Positions 54,406 through 62,900 of a stretch of DNA of 64,000 bases are shown here, in pieces. The position numbers and the translations under genes are program-made. Each line of letters opens with the position of its first letter. The first letter of the stretch is position 1. Where the stretch lies: contig CAWDPX010000004.1 in assembly GCA_963804345.1 (NCBI GenBank), positions 320,181 through 384,180 of the forward strand. Reading direction: 5' to 3'. Under the pieces are notes generated by a model. The model had not been told where the DNA came from. It saw nothing but the letters and a program-made list of their open reading frames with translations, and did no database searches. The stretch is from an uncultured Verrucomicrobiae bacterium (GTDB lineage: Bacteria > Verrucomicrobiota > Verrucomicrobiia > Limisphaerales > UBA11358).

Positions 54406-55032
54406 ATGAGCACGAGAGTCAAGATTTGCGGCATCACGAATCTGGCGGACGCGCAAGCCGCCGTTGCGGCGGGCGCGGACGCACTGGGCTTCATCTTATA
54501 CGAAAAAAGCCCGCGGCGTACGACCCTTCCCACGGTCGCCAAAATTTCCCAACAATTGCCGGCGTTCGTCCTGCGTGTTGGCGTTTTCGTGAATGCGGCG
54601 GAGGAACTGGTTTCGCGCGCCATCGGGGAATGCGGCCTGGGCCTGCTCCAGTTTCACGGTGATGAAACGCCTGAATTTTGCACGGGGTTCGGCCTGATGA
54701 GCATGAAAGCCTTCCGCATCCGCGACGCCGAATCGCTGAAGGAGTTGCCGAAATACCCCACCGAGGCATGGCTGCTCGACGCTTACTCGGCCGAAAGCCC
54801 GGGCGGCACGGGTGAAAAATTCAACTGGGACTTGGCCGTCGAGGCGCAAAAATTTGGCAAACCGGTTTTTCTCGCCGGCGGATTGACCCCGGAAAATGTC
54901 GCTGCCGCCGTACGCAAGGTGCGGCCGTTCGGCGTGGACGTTTCCAGCGGTGTGGAATCGTCGCCCGGGAAAAAGGACCACGCGAAGGTGCGCGCGTTCA
55001 TCGCCAGCGTTCGCCAGGCGGAGCAAAAATGA
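54406..55032 (+). CDS. trpF: phosphoribosylanthranilate isomerase
   Basis: VKICGITNLADAQAAVAAGADALGFI...LQFHGDE...GGTGEKFNW...LAGGL. Confidence 0.9.
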   Translation: MSTRVKICGITNLADAQAAVAAGADALGFILYEKSPRRTTLPTVAKISQQLPAFVLRVGVFVNAAEELVSRAIGECGLGLLQFHGDETPEFCTGFGLMSMKAFRIRDAESLKELPKYPTEAWLLDAYSAESPGGTGEKFNWDLAVEAQKFGKPVFLAGGLTPENVAAAVRKVRPFGVDVSSGVESSPGKKDHAKVRAFIASVRQAEQK

Positions 55033-55598
55033 AACGCATCGCCGTCTATTGCGGGTCGAACAAGGGCACCCGTGCCGCCTATGCCGAAGCGGCGGAAAAC
55101 CTTGGACGCCAGTTGGCCAAACGCGGAATCGAACTGGTTTATGGTGGCGGGTGTGTCGGACTGATGGGCGTTCTGGCGGACGCCGTGCTTCAAAACGGAG
55201 GACACGTCATCGGCGTGATCCCGCAATCGCTCGTCATCAAGGAGGTGGTGCATGAAAAACTGCCCGACCTGCGCGTGGTGAAAAACATGCACGAACGCAA
55301 GGCGTTGATGGCTGAACTCGCTGACGGGTTCATTGCGATGCCCGGCGGTTATGGCACTTACGAGGAATTTTGCGAGGTGCTCGCTTGGAGCCAGCTCGGC
55401 TATCACCAAAAACCGTTCGGGTTGCTGGACGTGGCGGGCTTTTACCGCAGCTTCCTGGAATTTTTCGACCACGCGACGCGCGAAGGCTTCATCCGTCCCA
55501 AGCACCGCGAACTGGTCCTCGTGGAGGAAGACGTGGAAAAACTGCTGCACCGCCTGGAGACGTTCCAGCCGCCACAGGAAGTGAAGTGGACCAAGTAG
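55029..55598 (+). CDS. LOG-family (TIGR00730) cytokinin riboside 5'-monophosphate phosphoribohydrolase-like protein
   Basis: IAVYCGSNKG, LVYGGGCVGLMG, PGGYGTYEE. 4-nt overlap with trpF. Confidence 0.88.
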   Translation: MKRIAVYCGSNKGTRAAYAEAAENLGRQLAKRGIELVYGGGCVGLMGVLADAVLQNGGHVIGVIPQSLVIKEVVHEKLPDLRVVKNMHERKALMAELADGFIAMPGGYGTYEEFCEVLAWSQLGYHQKPFGLLDVAGFYRSFLEFFDHATREGFIRPKHRELVLVEEDVEKLLHRLETFQPPQEVKWTK

Positions 55599-55612
55599 CT
55601 GCCAAATTTTTC

Positions 55613-55972
55613 AACCACGGATGGAAACGGATGGATTAAAACAAAACCAACAGTCTCTTCAGCAAATCCGGGCGGCCTCACTGATTGGCCAACTCGTTTG
55701 CATTGCCGAACCCCTTTTTCCTATCCGTGTTCATCTGTGTCCATCCGCGGTAAAAAGATTTTCCCACTGCATTTTGCGAGCACAAAAATTTATTTCGGCC
55801 ATTCGCCTTGCGGCATGGGACGCAATTCCAATTTTGCCGGGTCAATGACGACATGCTTGATGCGTTTGCGTTTCCAGGTGTAGGTGATGTGAACCAGACC
55901 GTCGCCCGTCTGGATTACGGCGGGATAGGCGAAGCCGCTCGGCGCGGACGGGTTGTCTTCCAGCACCAGCGC
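55613..55972 (-). repeat. right arm of the ~360-bp inverted repeat
   Basis: Reverse complement aligns with 43461-43826 (gene fragment plus hairpin element). Confidence 0.8.
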
Positions 55973-56113
55973 GGCCATGCATTCCCAACCGTCAGTGGGC
56001 GAGATTGACGTAGATGGAGACAGGCGCGACGCCTGTCCTACACGCCCGATTGCACGCGCTGTGCCAGCTTTGTTTCTCAAATTTCGGGAAATCAGGTTGA
56101 CTGCACATGCCAT
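55790..56113 (-). pseudogene. 3' fragment of a BNR/sialidase-like gene (right copy)
   Basis: ..[70 protein letters not shown]. The N-terminal part is missing. Confidence 0.55.
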
Positions 56114-56519
56114 TACGGTGTATCATTAAATGCAGCCGCTATGAAATCGGGGCTTATCATTGGGTTGTGCTTGTTTTCCCAGGTGATTTTTGCGGATGGA
56201 CTTCCGGTCATCACGGTTTCGCCCGCGAATCAGATCGTGTCTCCGGGCAGCACTGCGACGCTGACGGTTGCCGTGACCGGGGCCACCAGTTACCAGTGGC
56301 GATTCAACGGCGCGGACATTTCCGGAGCGACGAGTTTCACGCTGCAAATCCTGAATGCCCAAACCAACAATAGTGGTTATTACATGGCGGTGGCGAAAAA
56401 TGCCACCGGTTGGATGCCGAGCAAGATGGGTTATCTTTCCGTCGTTGCCAGTTCGGGAATCGTGCCTTTTTCAAATGCAACCAACACCGGCTTTCAAGCG
56501 CAAGCATGTTACCAAGCGG

Positions 56520-58063
56520 TGTCGGAACTCCATGAGAATGTCCCCATGATAACTCGATAAGAATGTCCCCATTTGGGCGGGGTTGCGGTAGCAATCCCGG
56601 CCATAACATGGAGACATTAACAATGAGTCGGAAGGAACGGGATCGATTGACAGTCATGGCGGGCGTTACGAAGCAGGAACTGACGCTGGTGCAGGCGAGC
56701 GAGTTGATGGAGGTGGGTTACCGTCAGGGCAAGCGCATCTGGCGGCGGTATCAGGCCGAAGGCGACGCGGGACTGGTGCATCGGTTGCGGGGTCAACCCA
56801 GCGCGCGGCGCAAGCCGCCCGAACTGCGGGCGCAGGCCCTGGCCCTCTATGAGGAGGAACGCTACGCGGACTTCGGCCCGACGCTGATGGCGGAGCATCT
56901 GGCCCAGGAAGGGCTGGTGGTGGATCACGAGACGTTGCGGCGCTGGCGGCTGGCGGCGGGCCAGCACACGGTGCGTCGCCGCAAGCAAGTGCATCGGCAA
57001 TGGCGGGAACGCAAGCCGAGCTTTGGGGCGATGGTGCAACTGGACGGGTCGCACCACGACTGGTTCGAGGGGCGCGGCCCCCGGTGCGTGCTGATGGTGA
57101 TGGTGGACGATGCGACCAACCGGATGCGTGCCTGGTTCTTCGAGGAGGAGACCACGCTGGCCAGCTACGATGTGTTGGCAGGCTGGGTGCGCAAGCATGG
57201 GCTGCCGGCCAGCCTGTATGTGGATCGGGACAGCATCTATCGGTGTGAAGGCGTGGCGAGCCTTGCCGAGCAACTGGCAGGAAAGCAGCCGCAGACGCAG
57301 TTTGGGCGGGCGATGGGGCAGTTGGGCATCAAACTCATCCTCGCCAACAGCCCCCAGGCCAAGGGTCGCGTGGAACGGATGAACGGAACGCTGCAAGACC
57401 GGCTGGTCAAAGAGATGCGACTGGCCGGGATCAATGACATTGAAAGTGGAAACCGGTTTTTGGACGGGAAGTATTTGCAGGCATTCAACCGGCAGTTTGC
57501 GCGGGAAGCGGCCAGCCCGGCGGACGCGCATCGCGCCGTGCCGAGGAACTTGAATGAAGTGTTGAGTTGGGAAGAAGAGCGTGTGGTGCAAGGCGACTGG
57601 ACGGTGGCGTGTGAAGGGAAGCGGTATCAGTTGGACCGACAACACGAGGCGTTGAGCCTGGTGCGACGGAAGGTGATCGTGCGGAGGCTGCGCAACGGGC
57701 GGGTGCAACTGGTGTATCGGGGTCAGCAACTCAAGTGGCGGGAACTGCCTGCCGGCAGCGTGAGGAAACCGCTGGGAGCGAAGCCGGTGCGGGCGGAGAA
57801 AAGGAAACCGGAGGGACAGGCGCCGGCGTTGAGCCATCCGTGGCGGCGGGATGGCGTGGGATTGGGGCGGCAGTATTGGCGTGGGATCAAGGCGCGTGGG
57901 CGCGCGGTGCGGCTGGCGGTGCGGGACTTCGGTCAGCCTCCGCTACGCTCCGGCCTCCCTGCGTCCCGCACCGCCAGCCGGAGAAACCGAACGATGAACA
58001 ACAACCAAAGAAGGGGACATTCTCTCGTGAGTTATACAGGGGACATTTCTAAAGAGTTTTGAC
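56520..58063 (+). mobile_element. ISNCY-type insertion sequence with ~50-bp imperfect IRs and a 17-bp target duplication
   Basis: IRs tGTCggAACTC..GAATGTCCCC..GATAACTC..GAATGTCCCC at both ends. AGCATGTTACCAAGCGG is duplicated at 56503-56519 and 58064-58080. Confidence 0.85.
56608..58062 (+). CDS. ISNCY-family transposase (HTH + integrase-core DDE)
   Basis: MSRKERDRLTVMAGV..., FGPTLMAEHL, VQLDGSHHDWFE, MVMVDDATN, YVDRDSIY, SPQAKGRVERMNGTLQDRLVKEMRL. The ORF is open from 56563. Confidence 0.9.
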   Translation: METLTMSRKERDRLTVMAGVTKQELTLVQASELMEVGYRQGKRIWRRYQAEGDAGLVHRLRGQPSARRKPPELRAQALALYEEERYADFGPTLMAEHLAQEGLVVDHETLRRWRLAAGQHTVRRRKQVHRQWRERKPSFGAMVQLDGSHHDWFEGRGPRCVLMVMVDDATNRMRAWFFEEETTLASYDVLAGWVRKHGLPASLYVDRDSIYRCEGVASLAEQLAGKQPQTQFGRAMGQLGIKLILANSPQAKGRVERMNGTLQDRLVKEMRLAGINDIESGNRFLDGKYLQAFNRQFAREAASPADAHRAVPRNLNEVLSWEEERVVQGDWTVACEGKRYQLDRQHEALSLVRRKVIVRRLRNGRVQLVYRGQQLKWRELPAGSVRKPLGAKPVRAEKRKPEGQAPALSHPWRRDGVGLGRQYWRGIKARGRAVRLAVRDFGQPPLRSGLPASRTASRRNRTMNNNQRRGHSLVSYTGDISKEF

Positions 58064-58896
58064 AGCATGTTACCAAGCGGGTTATTCGATGGGCGCACCA
58101 ATTACCAACGGCACGGCACAAGTCATTGCCGGTCCGGCCCTGGATCAAATGCAGCCTGTTGGTCTGAGCCTAGCCGTTGAAAACGGATATTATGGCAACT
58201 CTTCCACGATCCGGACCGTCCCCACCGTTGCCCCCGGGCAAACCGTTTTCTATCGCGTGGATATTTCCTACCCGTATGAGTCCGGCACGTTCACGCAACA
58301 TTCCAGAGTGTTGGTTCTGGAAGCTGGAGGGGGCACCTACCCGACTCCTTCGGCTGGAAATCTCCTGTTTCCCTACTACATCGAGTGGCCCGATCCCGAC
58401 CCATACGGCAGCACCCCGACAAACCAAGTGCGAGTTCCTGGTGAGACGGTTGGCTTAAGCAGCGAGTATTACGCGTGCTATGATTATGGCTATCCTCAAT
58501 TTCAATGGCGAAAAGATGGAAATCCTATCCCGGGGGCAACGAATTATGTCCTGGTCTTTGACTCTTATCCGTGGGGTGGCGAATACCAGCCAGTGTTCAC
58601 AATTACAAATGCGCAAGCTTCTGATGCGGGCACCACGACCTCGTCGTCAACGGCAGCTATTGTTTTGTTGATGTCGTGACTACCTTAAGCATCCAAATCA
58701 CGAACGGCTGCGGGGTTTTTCAATCTCCGCGATTTCGGGGCACCAATTTTGTCTGCGACCTGCTTGGTGCCGCCAGTAGAAACTACGCCATTCAATGGTC
58801 AACAAATTTGACCGACTGACATAACTTTACCACTCAATACAATTCCACCGGTACAATCACTTTCAGCAACGCGCCGGCATTGGGCGGCGTGCAATT

Positions 58897-59631
58897 TTAC
58901 CGGGCCTGGCTCCAGCCTTGAACCAGCTCACGCCGCCGGAGACACTGTTCCTGTCTTTTAATTTCATCACCCAAAAGCTCTTCCGCCGACCAACCGCGCG
59001 CTTGGGCAAATTCCGCCAAATTAAAAAGCTCGCGGGCCAGGACCGCTTCGCTCAATTTTTTCTGGTAGGGACGCGCTGCCGCGCGTCCAGTTTTTCCCTG
59101 CGAGGAAGTTTGGGCGGCGCGGCAGCGCCGCCCTACCGATACATCAAACAGACCCGCTTTGCGCGCCTTTTTCACGAGTTTTTCGGCGCGCAGCAGGGCT
59201 GGCAGATGTTTCGGAATGCCGTCGAGGGCGGAATGCCGGGCGTGTTTGGTGCCATGTTTTTCGTCCTTTTTGATTTTTTCCCAGTTGGCCCAGACTTCGC
59301 CCACGTTCTTGACTTTCGTCGTGCCAAAGACGTGCGGGTGCCGGCGCACCAGCTTCTCCGCGATCATCCGGCAGACCTTCTCAAAATCAAACGCGCCGCG
59401 CTCATTCGCCAACTGACAGTGGAAAACAATCTGCAACAGCAAATCCCCAAGTTCCTCCGCCATTTCGTGGTCGTCTTCCGCCTCGATGGCGTCAATCAAT
59501 TCATAGACTTCCTCAATCGCATGACGGCGGAGCGTGTGATGGTTCTGCTCGCGGTCCCACGGACAGCCCGTCGGCGAGCGCAGCCGGGCCATGACTCTTA
59601 GGAGGTCATTGATTGCGGGAGATTTTTTCAT
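58897..59631 (-). CDS. mazG: MazG nucleoside triphosphate pyrophosphohydrolase (with in-frame palindrome insertion)
   Basis: CPWDREQNHHTLRRHAIEEVYELIDAIE...EELGDLLLQIVFH...RRHPHVFG. The ORF is open to 59649. Confidence 0.88.
   Translation of the reverse strand: MKKSPAINDLLRVMARLRSPTGCPWDREQNHHTLRRHAIEEVYELIDAIEAEDDHEMAEELGDLLLQIVFHCQLANERGAFDFEKVCRMIAEKLVRRHPHVFGTTKVKNVGEVWANWEKIKKDEKHGTKHARHSALDGIPKHLPALLRAEKLVKKARKAGLFDVSVGRRCRAAQTSSQGKTGRAAARPYQKKLSEAVLARELFNLAEFAQARGWSAEELLGDEIKRQEQCLRRRELVQGWSQAR
59064..59137. repeat. GC-rich imperfect palindrome in frame inside mazG
   Basis: GGTAGGGACGCGCTGCCGCGCGTCC...GGGCGGCGCGGCAGCGCCGCCCTACC. Translated on the minus strand as GRRCRAAQTSSQGKTGRAAARPYQ. 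Confidence 0.6.
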
Positions 59632-59636
59632 TTGGA

Positions 59637-59736
59637 AAACATCGAACATTCAACATTCAACATCGAACATCCAATGAATCGCGGTTGCACCACAACTTGG
59701 ATGTTGGGCGTTCAATGTTGAATGTTGAATGTTCGG
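59637..59736. repeat. long hairpin whose arms are CATTCAA-type heptamer arrays
   Basis: cgaacattcaacattcaacatcgaacatccaa / 22-nt loop / ttggatgttgggcgttcaatgttgaatgttgaatgttcgg. Lies between the proB stop and the mazG start. Confidence 0.75.
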
Positions 59737-59738
59737 CT

Positions 59739-60815
59739 TCAAAGAATCACCAGATCGTCGCGATGCACCACCTCAACCCGCGCCAGTTTCCGGCCGCGCA
59801 CCTCGGCGGCGCCGAACTTCGCGATGCCGCGCGCGAATTCGGTTCCGTTCAAATCACAAATCCGCACCACGTCCCCGGCGGCAAATTCGCCTTCACAGCG
59901 CGCCACCCCCGGCGGCAGGAGGCTCTTGCCCTTTTCGCGCAAGGCCAGCTTCGCTCCGTCATCCACGAACAACGCGCCCTGGGGATGATGGAAAAACGCG
60001 ATCCAGCGTTTGCGTCCCTGCAGCTTCGTGGGATGCGCGACGAACAGCGTGCCTTCTTCCTCGCCGCCGAGGATTTTCGCCAGCACGTTTTTCTTTTTGC
60101 CCGACGCAATGACGAGCGGGATGCCGGAACGCACGGCGATTTTGGCCGCCTGGATTTTCGAGGCCATGCCGCCGACGGCGGTTTCGCTATCCGTGCCGCC
60201 GGCGAGTTTTTCAATCGTCGAATCAATCTTTTCGATGACGGAGATCGTCTTTGGATTGGCTTTGCTGAAATTTTCAATCACGCCGTCCACCGTGGTCAGA
60301 ATGACGAGCAAATCGGCGGGCAGCAGCGACGCCACCAGCGCGGACAGGGTGTCGTTGTCGCCGAAGTTGATTTCGGTGAACGAGACGGCGTCGTTTTCGT
60401 TAATGATGGGCACGACGCCGCGCCCGAGCAGCGTGACGAGCGTATTGCGCGCGTTGAGGTGGCGTTCGTGATGTTCGAGATCATCATGCGTGAGCAAAAC
60501 CTGCGCGACGTGCAGATTATGCCGCGCAAACAGGTCCGCGTAGGTGGCCATGAGCCGCGACTGGCCGACGGCGGCGCACGCCTGCAATTCGGCGAGGTCG
60601 CCGGGACGTTTTTCATAACCCAGCGCGCCCATGCCTGCGCCGACGGCCCCGGAGGTGACGAGCACGATTTCCTTGCCGGCCTTCCGCAACGCGGCGACCT
60701 GGGCGACGAGTTGTTCCAATTGCACCGGGTCGGGCTGCTTGCGGCTGTCGGTGAGCACGCCCGTGCCGAGTTTCACGACCAGGCGGGCGGCGGTTTTGAC
60801 GGATTCACGATGCAC
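59739..60815 (-). CDS. proB: glutamate 5-kinase (with PUA domain)
   Basis: RLVVKLGTGVLTD, LVTSGAVGAG, INENDAV, FGDNDTLSA; C-terminal PUA ..GDVVRICD. Confidence 0.95.
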   Translation of the reverse strand: MHRESVKTAARLVVKLGTGVLTDSRKQPDPVQLEQLVAQVAALRKAGKEIVLVTSGAVGAGMGALGYEKRPGDLAELQACAAVGQSRLMATYADLFARHNLHVAQVLLTHDDLEHHERHLNARNTLVTLLGRGVVPIINENDAVSFTEINFGDNDTLSALVASLLPADLLVILTTVDGVIENFSKANPKTISVIEKIDSTIEKLAGGTDSETAVGGMASKIQAAKIAVRSGIPLVIASGKKKNVLAKILGGEEEGTLFVAHPTKLQGRKRWIAFFHHPQGALFVDDGAKLALREKGKSLLPPGVARCEGEFAAGDVVRICDLNGTEFARGIAKFGAAEVRGRKLARVEVVHRDDLVIL

Positions 60816-60938
60816 GTGGTGAAGTTAGAGAAAAATCCGCGCTCGGAAAATGTAAAAATTAAGAGACTTTCGCCGGGACGGAACGCCGCATTCATGCGGC
60901 AGCGAGTCCGGGCAATTGAATGCCCTGTCGCAACCAAA

Positions 60939-61073
60939 TTTTATGGACTGCGGCGGGAAGCGAAGCGCCACGCCGCTTTGGAAGCTCGGTCCGCAATCGA
61001 AAAGCGGTGTCGCCGCTGCGCTCCAGTCTTCGCTGCGCTTCGCCTCGGCAAGCTGCCACCGCAGTCCAAAATC
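60939..61073. repeat. REP-like elements (forward plus inverted) related to the RAYT-flanking REPs
   Basis: ggactgcggcgggaagcgaagcgccacgccgcttt, then inverted aaagcggtgtcgccgc...gccaccgcagtcc. They share the GGACTGCGG...GCCGCTTT ends. Confidence 0.55.
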
Positions 61074-61115
61074 TTCGCGGTTGCAGGGTCCGGGTGCGCC
61101 CCGCTTGCTACCATT

Positions 61116-61793
61116 TCAATTCCCGAGCAAGCCGTGCTTGGGCAGGCCAACCATCGATCCAAAAAAATCCCCGCCGCGCAACGCGATGAGCACGGCCAAC
61201 CCGGCAAGGTCAGCCTGGGTCTTCACATTTTTCATCACACAGTTTTCGAGGCCAATTTTTTGCGTGCGGTTGTTGCGCTGGTCTTTCAGGTCAATAAACT
61301 TCATCGTGCCGACGGAGACATTCAGCACATCAATGGACTGGAACTCGAAGCCGGTTTGTTTCTTAAACGCTGCCGCCCCCTTGCCGCCGCCGGATTTTTT
61401 TGATGGCAGGGTGACGCCGAGCGAAAAAACGTTCGTGCGTCCGGCCTCGTTTTTCACAATGTCGAGTTCGCCGAGGTTGAAACGCACGAGGGTGAGGTGA
61501 AGCTCGTGTCTGGCGAGTGCGGCGCGGTCGTATTCGACGTGGATTTCCCGGAAGTCCAGAAACGGCGTACCGCCAAAGTCCGGCGGGTTGTAGAGCTTGA
61601 AATTTTGAATTGTCACCGTCGGCTCAACGAGGCCGATTGAAAATTTTCCAATTTCCGCGTCCATGCCGGTCTGCGCGCGGATGCGATGTTCAACATAAAC
61701 CCGGAGAATTGAATTGAGCGAGAGCAGCAAAATGACGATCACCGCGACCGCCAACAGGAACAGCCGGAACAGCCATTTGAACAACCATTTCAT
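61116..61793 (-). CDS. AsmA-family-like small membrane-anchored protein
   Basis: N-terminal TM MKWLFKWLFRLFLLAVAVIVILLL, then beta-rich repeats typical of AsmA N-terminal regions. The ORF is open to 61844. Confidence 0.5.
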   Translation of the reverse strand: MKWLFKWLFRLFLLAVAVIVILLLSLNSILRVYVEHRIRAQTGMDAEIGKFSIGLVEPTVTIQNFKLYNPPDFGGTPFLDFREIHVEYDRAALARHELHLTLVRFNLGELDIVKNEAGRTNVFSLGVTLPSKKSGGGKGAAAFKKQTGFEFQSIDVLNVSVGTMKFIDLKDQRNNRTQKIGLENCVMKNVKTQADLAGLAVLIALRGGDFFGSMVGLPKHGLLGN

Positions 61794-62398
61794 AATTGCA
61801 CGTCCTCCGGTCGCACTTCGAGACATTCGTCCTGATCCTCCCAAATGACGGCGGGATAAAAATTCAGCAGTTTCGGCGCGAGTTCGCGGCCCGCGCGCGC
61901 GAGCAAACGCTCGGCTTCTGCCGCGGCGTTTTCATAGGCGCGGTCGTAATCGCTCGCGCGCCGGCGCTGATGGTCGTCCCAATGCGCGACGGCGTGAACG
62001 GGTTCATATTGTTGCGCCCAGGCATCGAGTTCGGCGCGGATGTCAGCGGAAATTTCGTCGAACGGCACGAGCGTTTCATTGCAATGCTGGCAGATCAAGC
62101 CCGACTCGCGCACATCCCGCGTGAACAATGGCAAAAGCGGGGCGCGGCAGCACGGCGATTCCGCATAAGCCGCCGGCGGCGTGGCCAGCCGCTTGAACCA
62201 GACCTGCCGGTCGTGCGCGAGCTGTGCCGCCAGCCGGTACGCGCCGATGAGCGGGTGCGAGAGCCGCCACGCCCGGCCTTCAAGCTGGCCAAGTGTCTGC
62301 GCCAGCCAGCGCCCGAGCGTCAGGTCGTCCCAGTCCTGAAACGCCCGGCCGTATTCCTTCCACAACGAGTCGAGCGGTGAATCCGATTCAAATGCCAT
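61790..62398 (-). CDS. hypothetical protein (ATGA-coupled to the AsmA-like gene)
   Basis: About 200 aa from MAFESDSPLDSLWKEY. CC...CQHC motif. The ORF is open to 62686, but its upstream part covers repeat DNA. Confidence 0.5.
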   Translation of the reverse strand: MAFESDSPLDSLWKEYGRAFQDWDDLTLGRWLAQTLGQLEGRAWRLSHPLIGAYRLAAQLAHDRQVWFKRLATPPAAYAESPCCRAPLLPLFTRDVRESGLICQHCNETLVPFDEISADIRAELDAWAQQYEPVHAVAHWDDHQRRRASDYDRAYENAAAEAERLLARAGRELAPKLLNFYPAVIWEDQDECLEVRPEDVQL

Positions 62399-62436
62399 CT
62401 TCGGCAGGATGCCGCGCGCGGGGAATTTTGTCGAGC

Positions 62437-62477
62437 GGCGTTGCAAAGAGTGGCGTTGCAAAGAGGCGTTGCAAAAG
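62437..62477 (-). promoter_or_regulatory. three tandem GGCGTTGCAAAGAG-type direct repeats upstream of 61790-62398
   Basis: ggcgttgcaaagag t ggcgttgcaaagag gcgttgcaaaag, spaced 15 and 14 nt. They lie 39-79 nt upstream of the ATG at 62398. Confidence 0.35.
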
Positions 62478-62900
62478 CCGACCTCGACTGAAATCAATTT
62501 CGCCCAATAGACTCCGAAAGATCGATGGCTGGCTTTTAAAAAGTTCATCCACCTCCCGGATTCCCACAAAGCTTCCGTTGGGAAAATCCGCCGGGCCGAC
62601 TGTGCGCCGCTCTTTTTGGGTTGCGCGGTCCAGTGCCTGGGCTCGCGACGATTACTGCTCTTTTTCAAGACGACCACTGTCTTCAAGACTTTTCATCAGA
62701 ACCGGATGGATGCCGATTATTGAGGCATGGTGGCTAAAAATTATTATTATTATTTTGCTTCCGCGTTGAAACCCGGGGTTCTGGTATCAATCTGTATCAA
62801 TTTGGGCATTTCCCTTGTCCCAAAGTTTGTTGGCCGTTTAAAAAAATTTTCACAAGTGCATCGCTGTTTGGTTGGCAAGCTGTATGCATAGAGAACCACC

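Larger units (their letters stand above)
56141..58921 (+). pseudogene. secreted Ig-like-domain protein disrupted by an IS insertion, a 1-nt deletion and a TGA
   Basis: Signal peptide plus Ig-like VITVSPANQIVSPGSTATLTVAVTGATSYQWRFNG. The frame is restored across the IS. AGT(Y)DLVVNGSY loses 1 nt near 58634. WSTNLTD*HNF...FYRAW. Confidence 0.7.

Noticed and set aside
56617-57837. 406-aa minus-strand ORF inside the IS
   Set aside because: It is antisense to a well-supported ISNCY-type transposase. It is Pro/Arg/His-rich and low in complexity.
59613-61403. 596-aa plus-strand ORF
   Set aside because: It runs antisense through proB, the REP-filled spacer and the AsmA-like gene. Its composition is typical of a spurious high-GC ORF.
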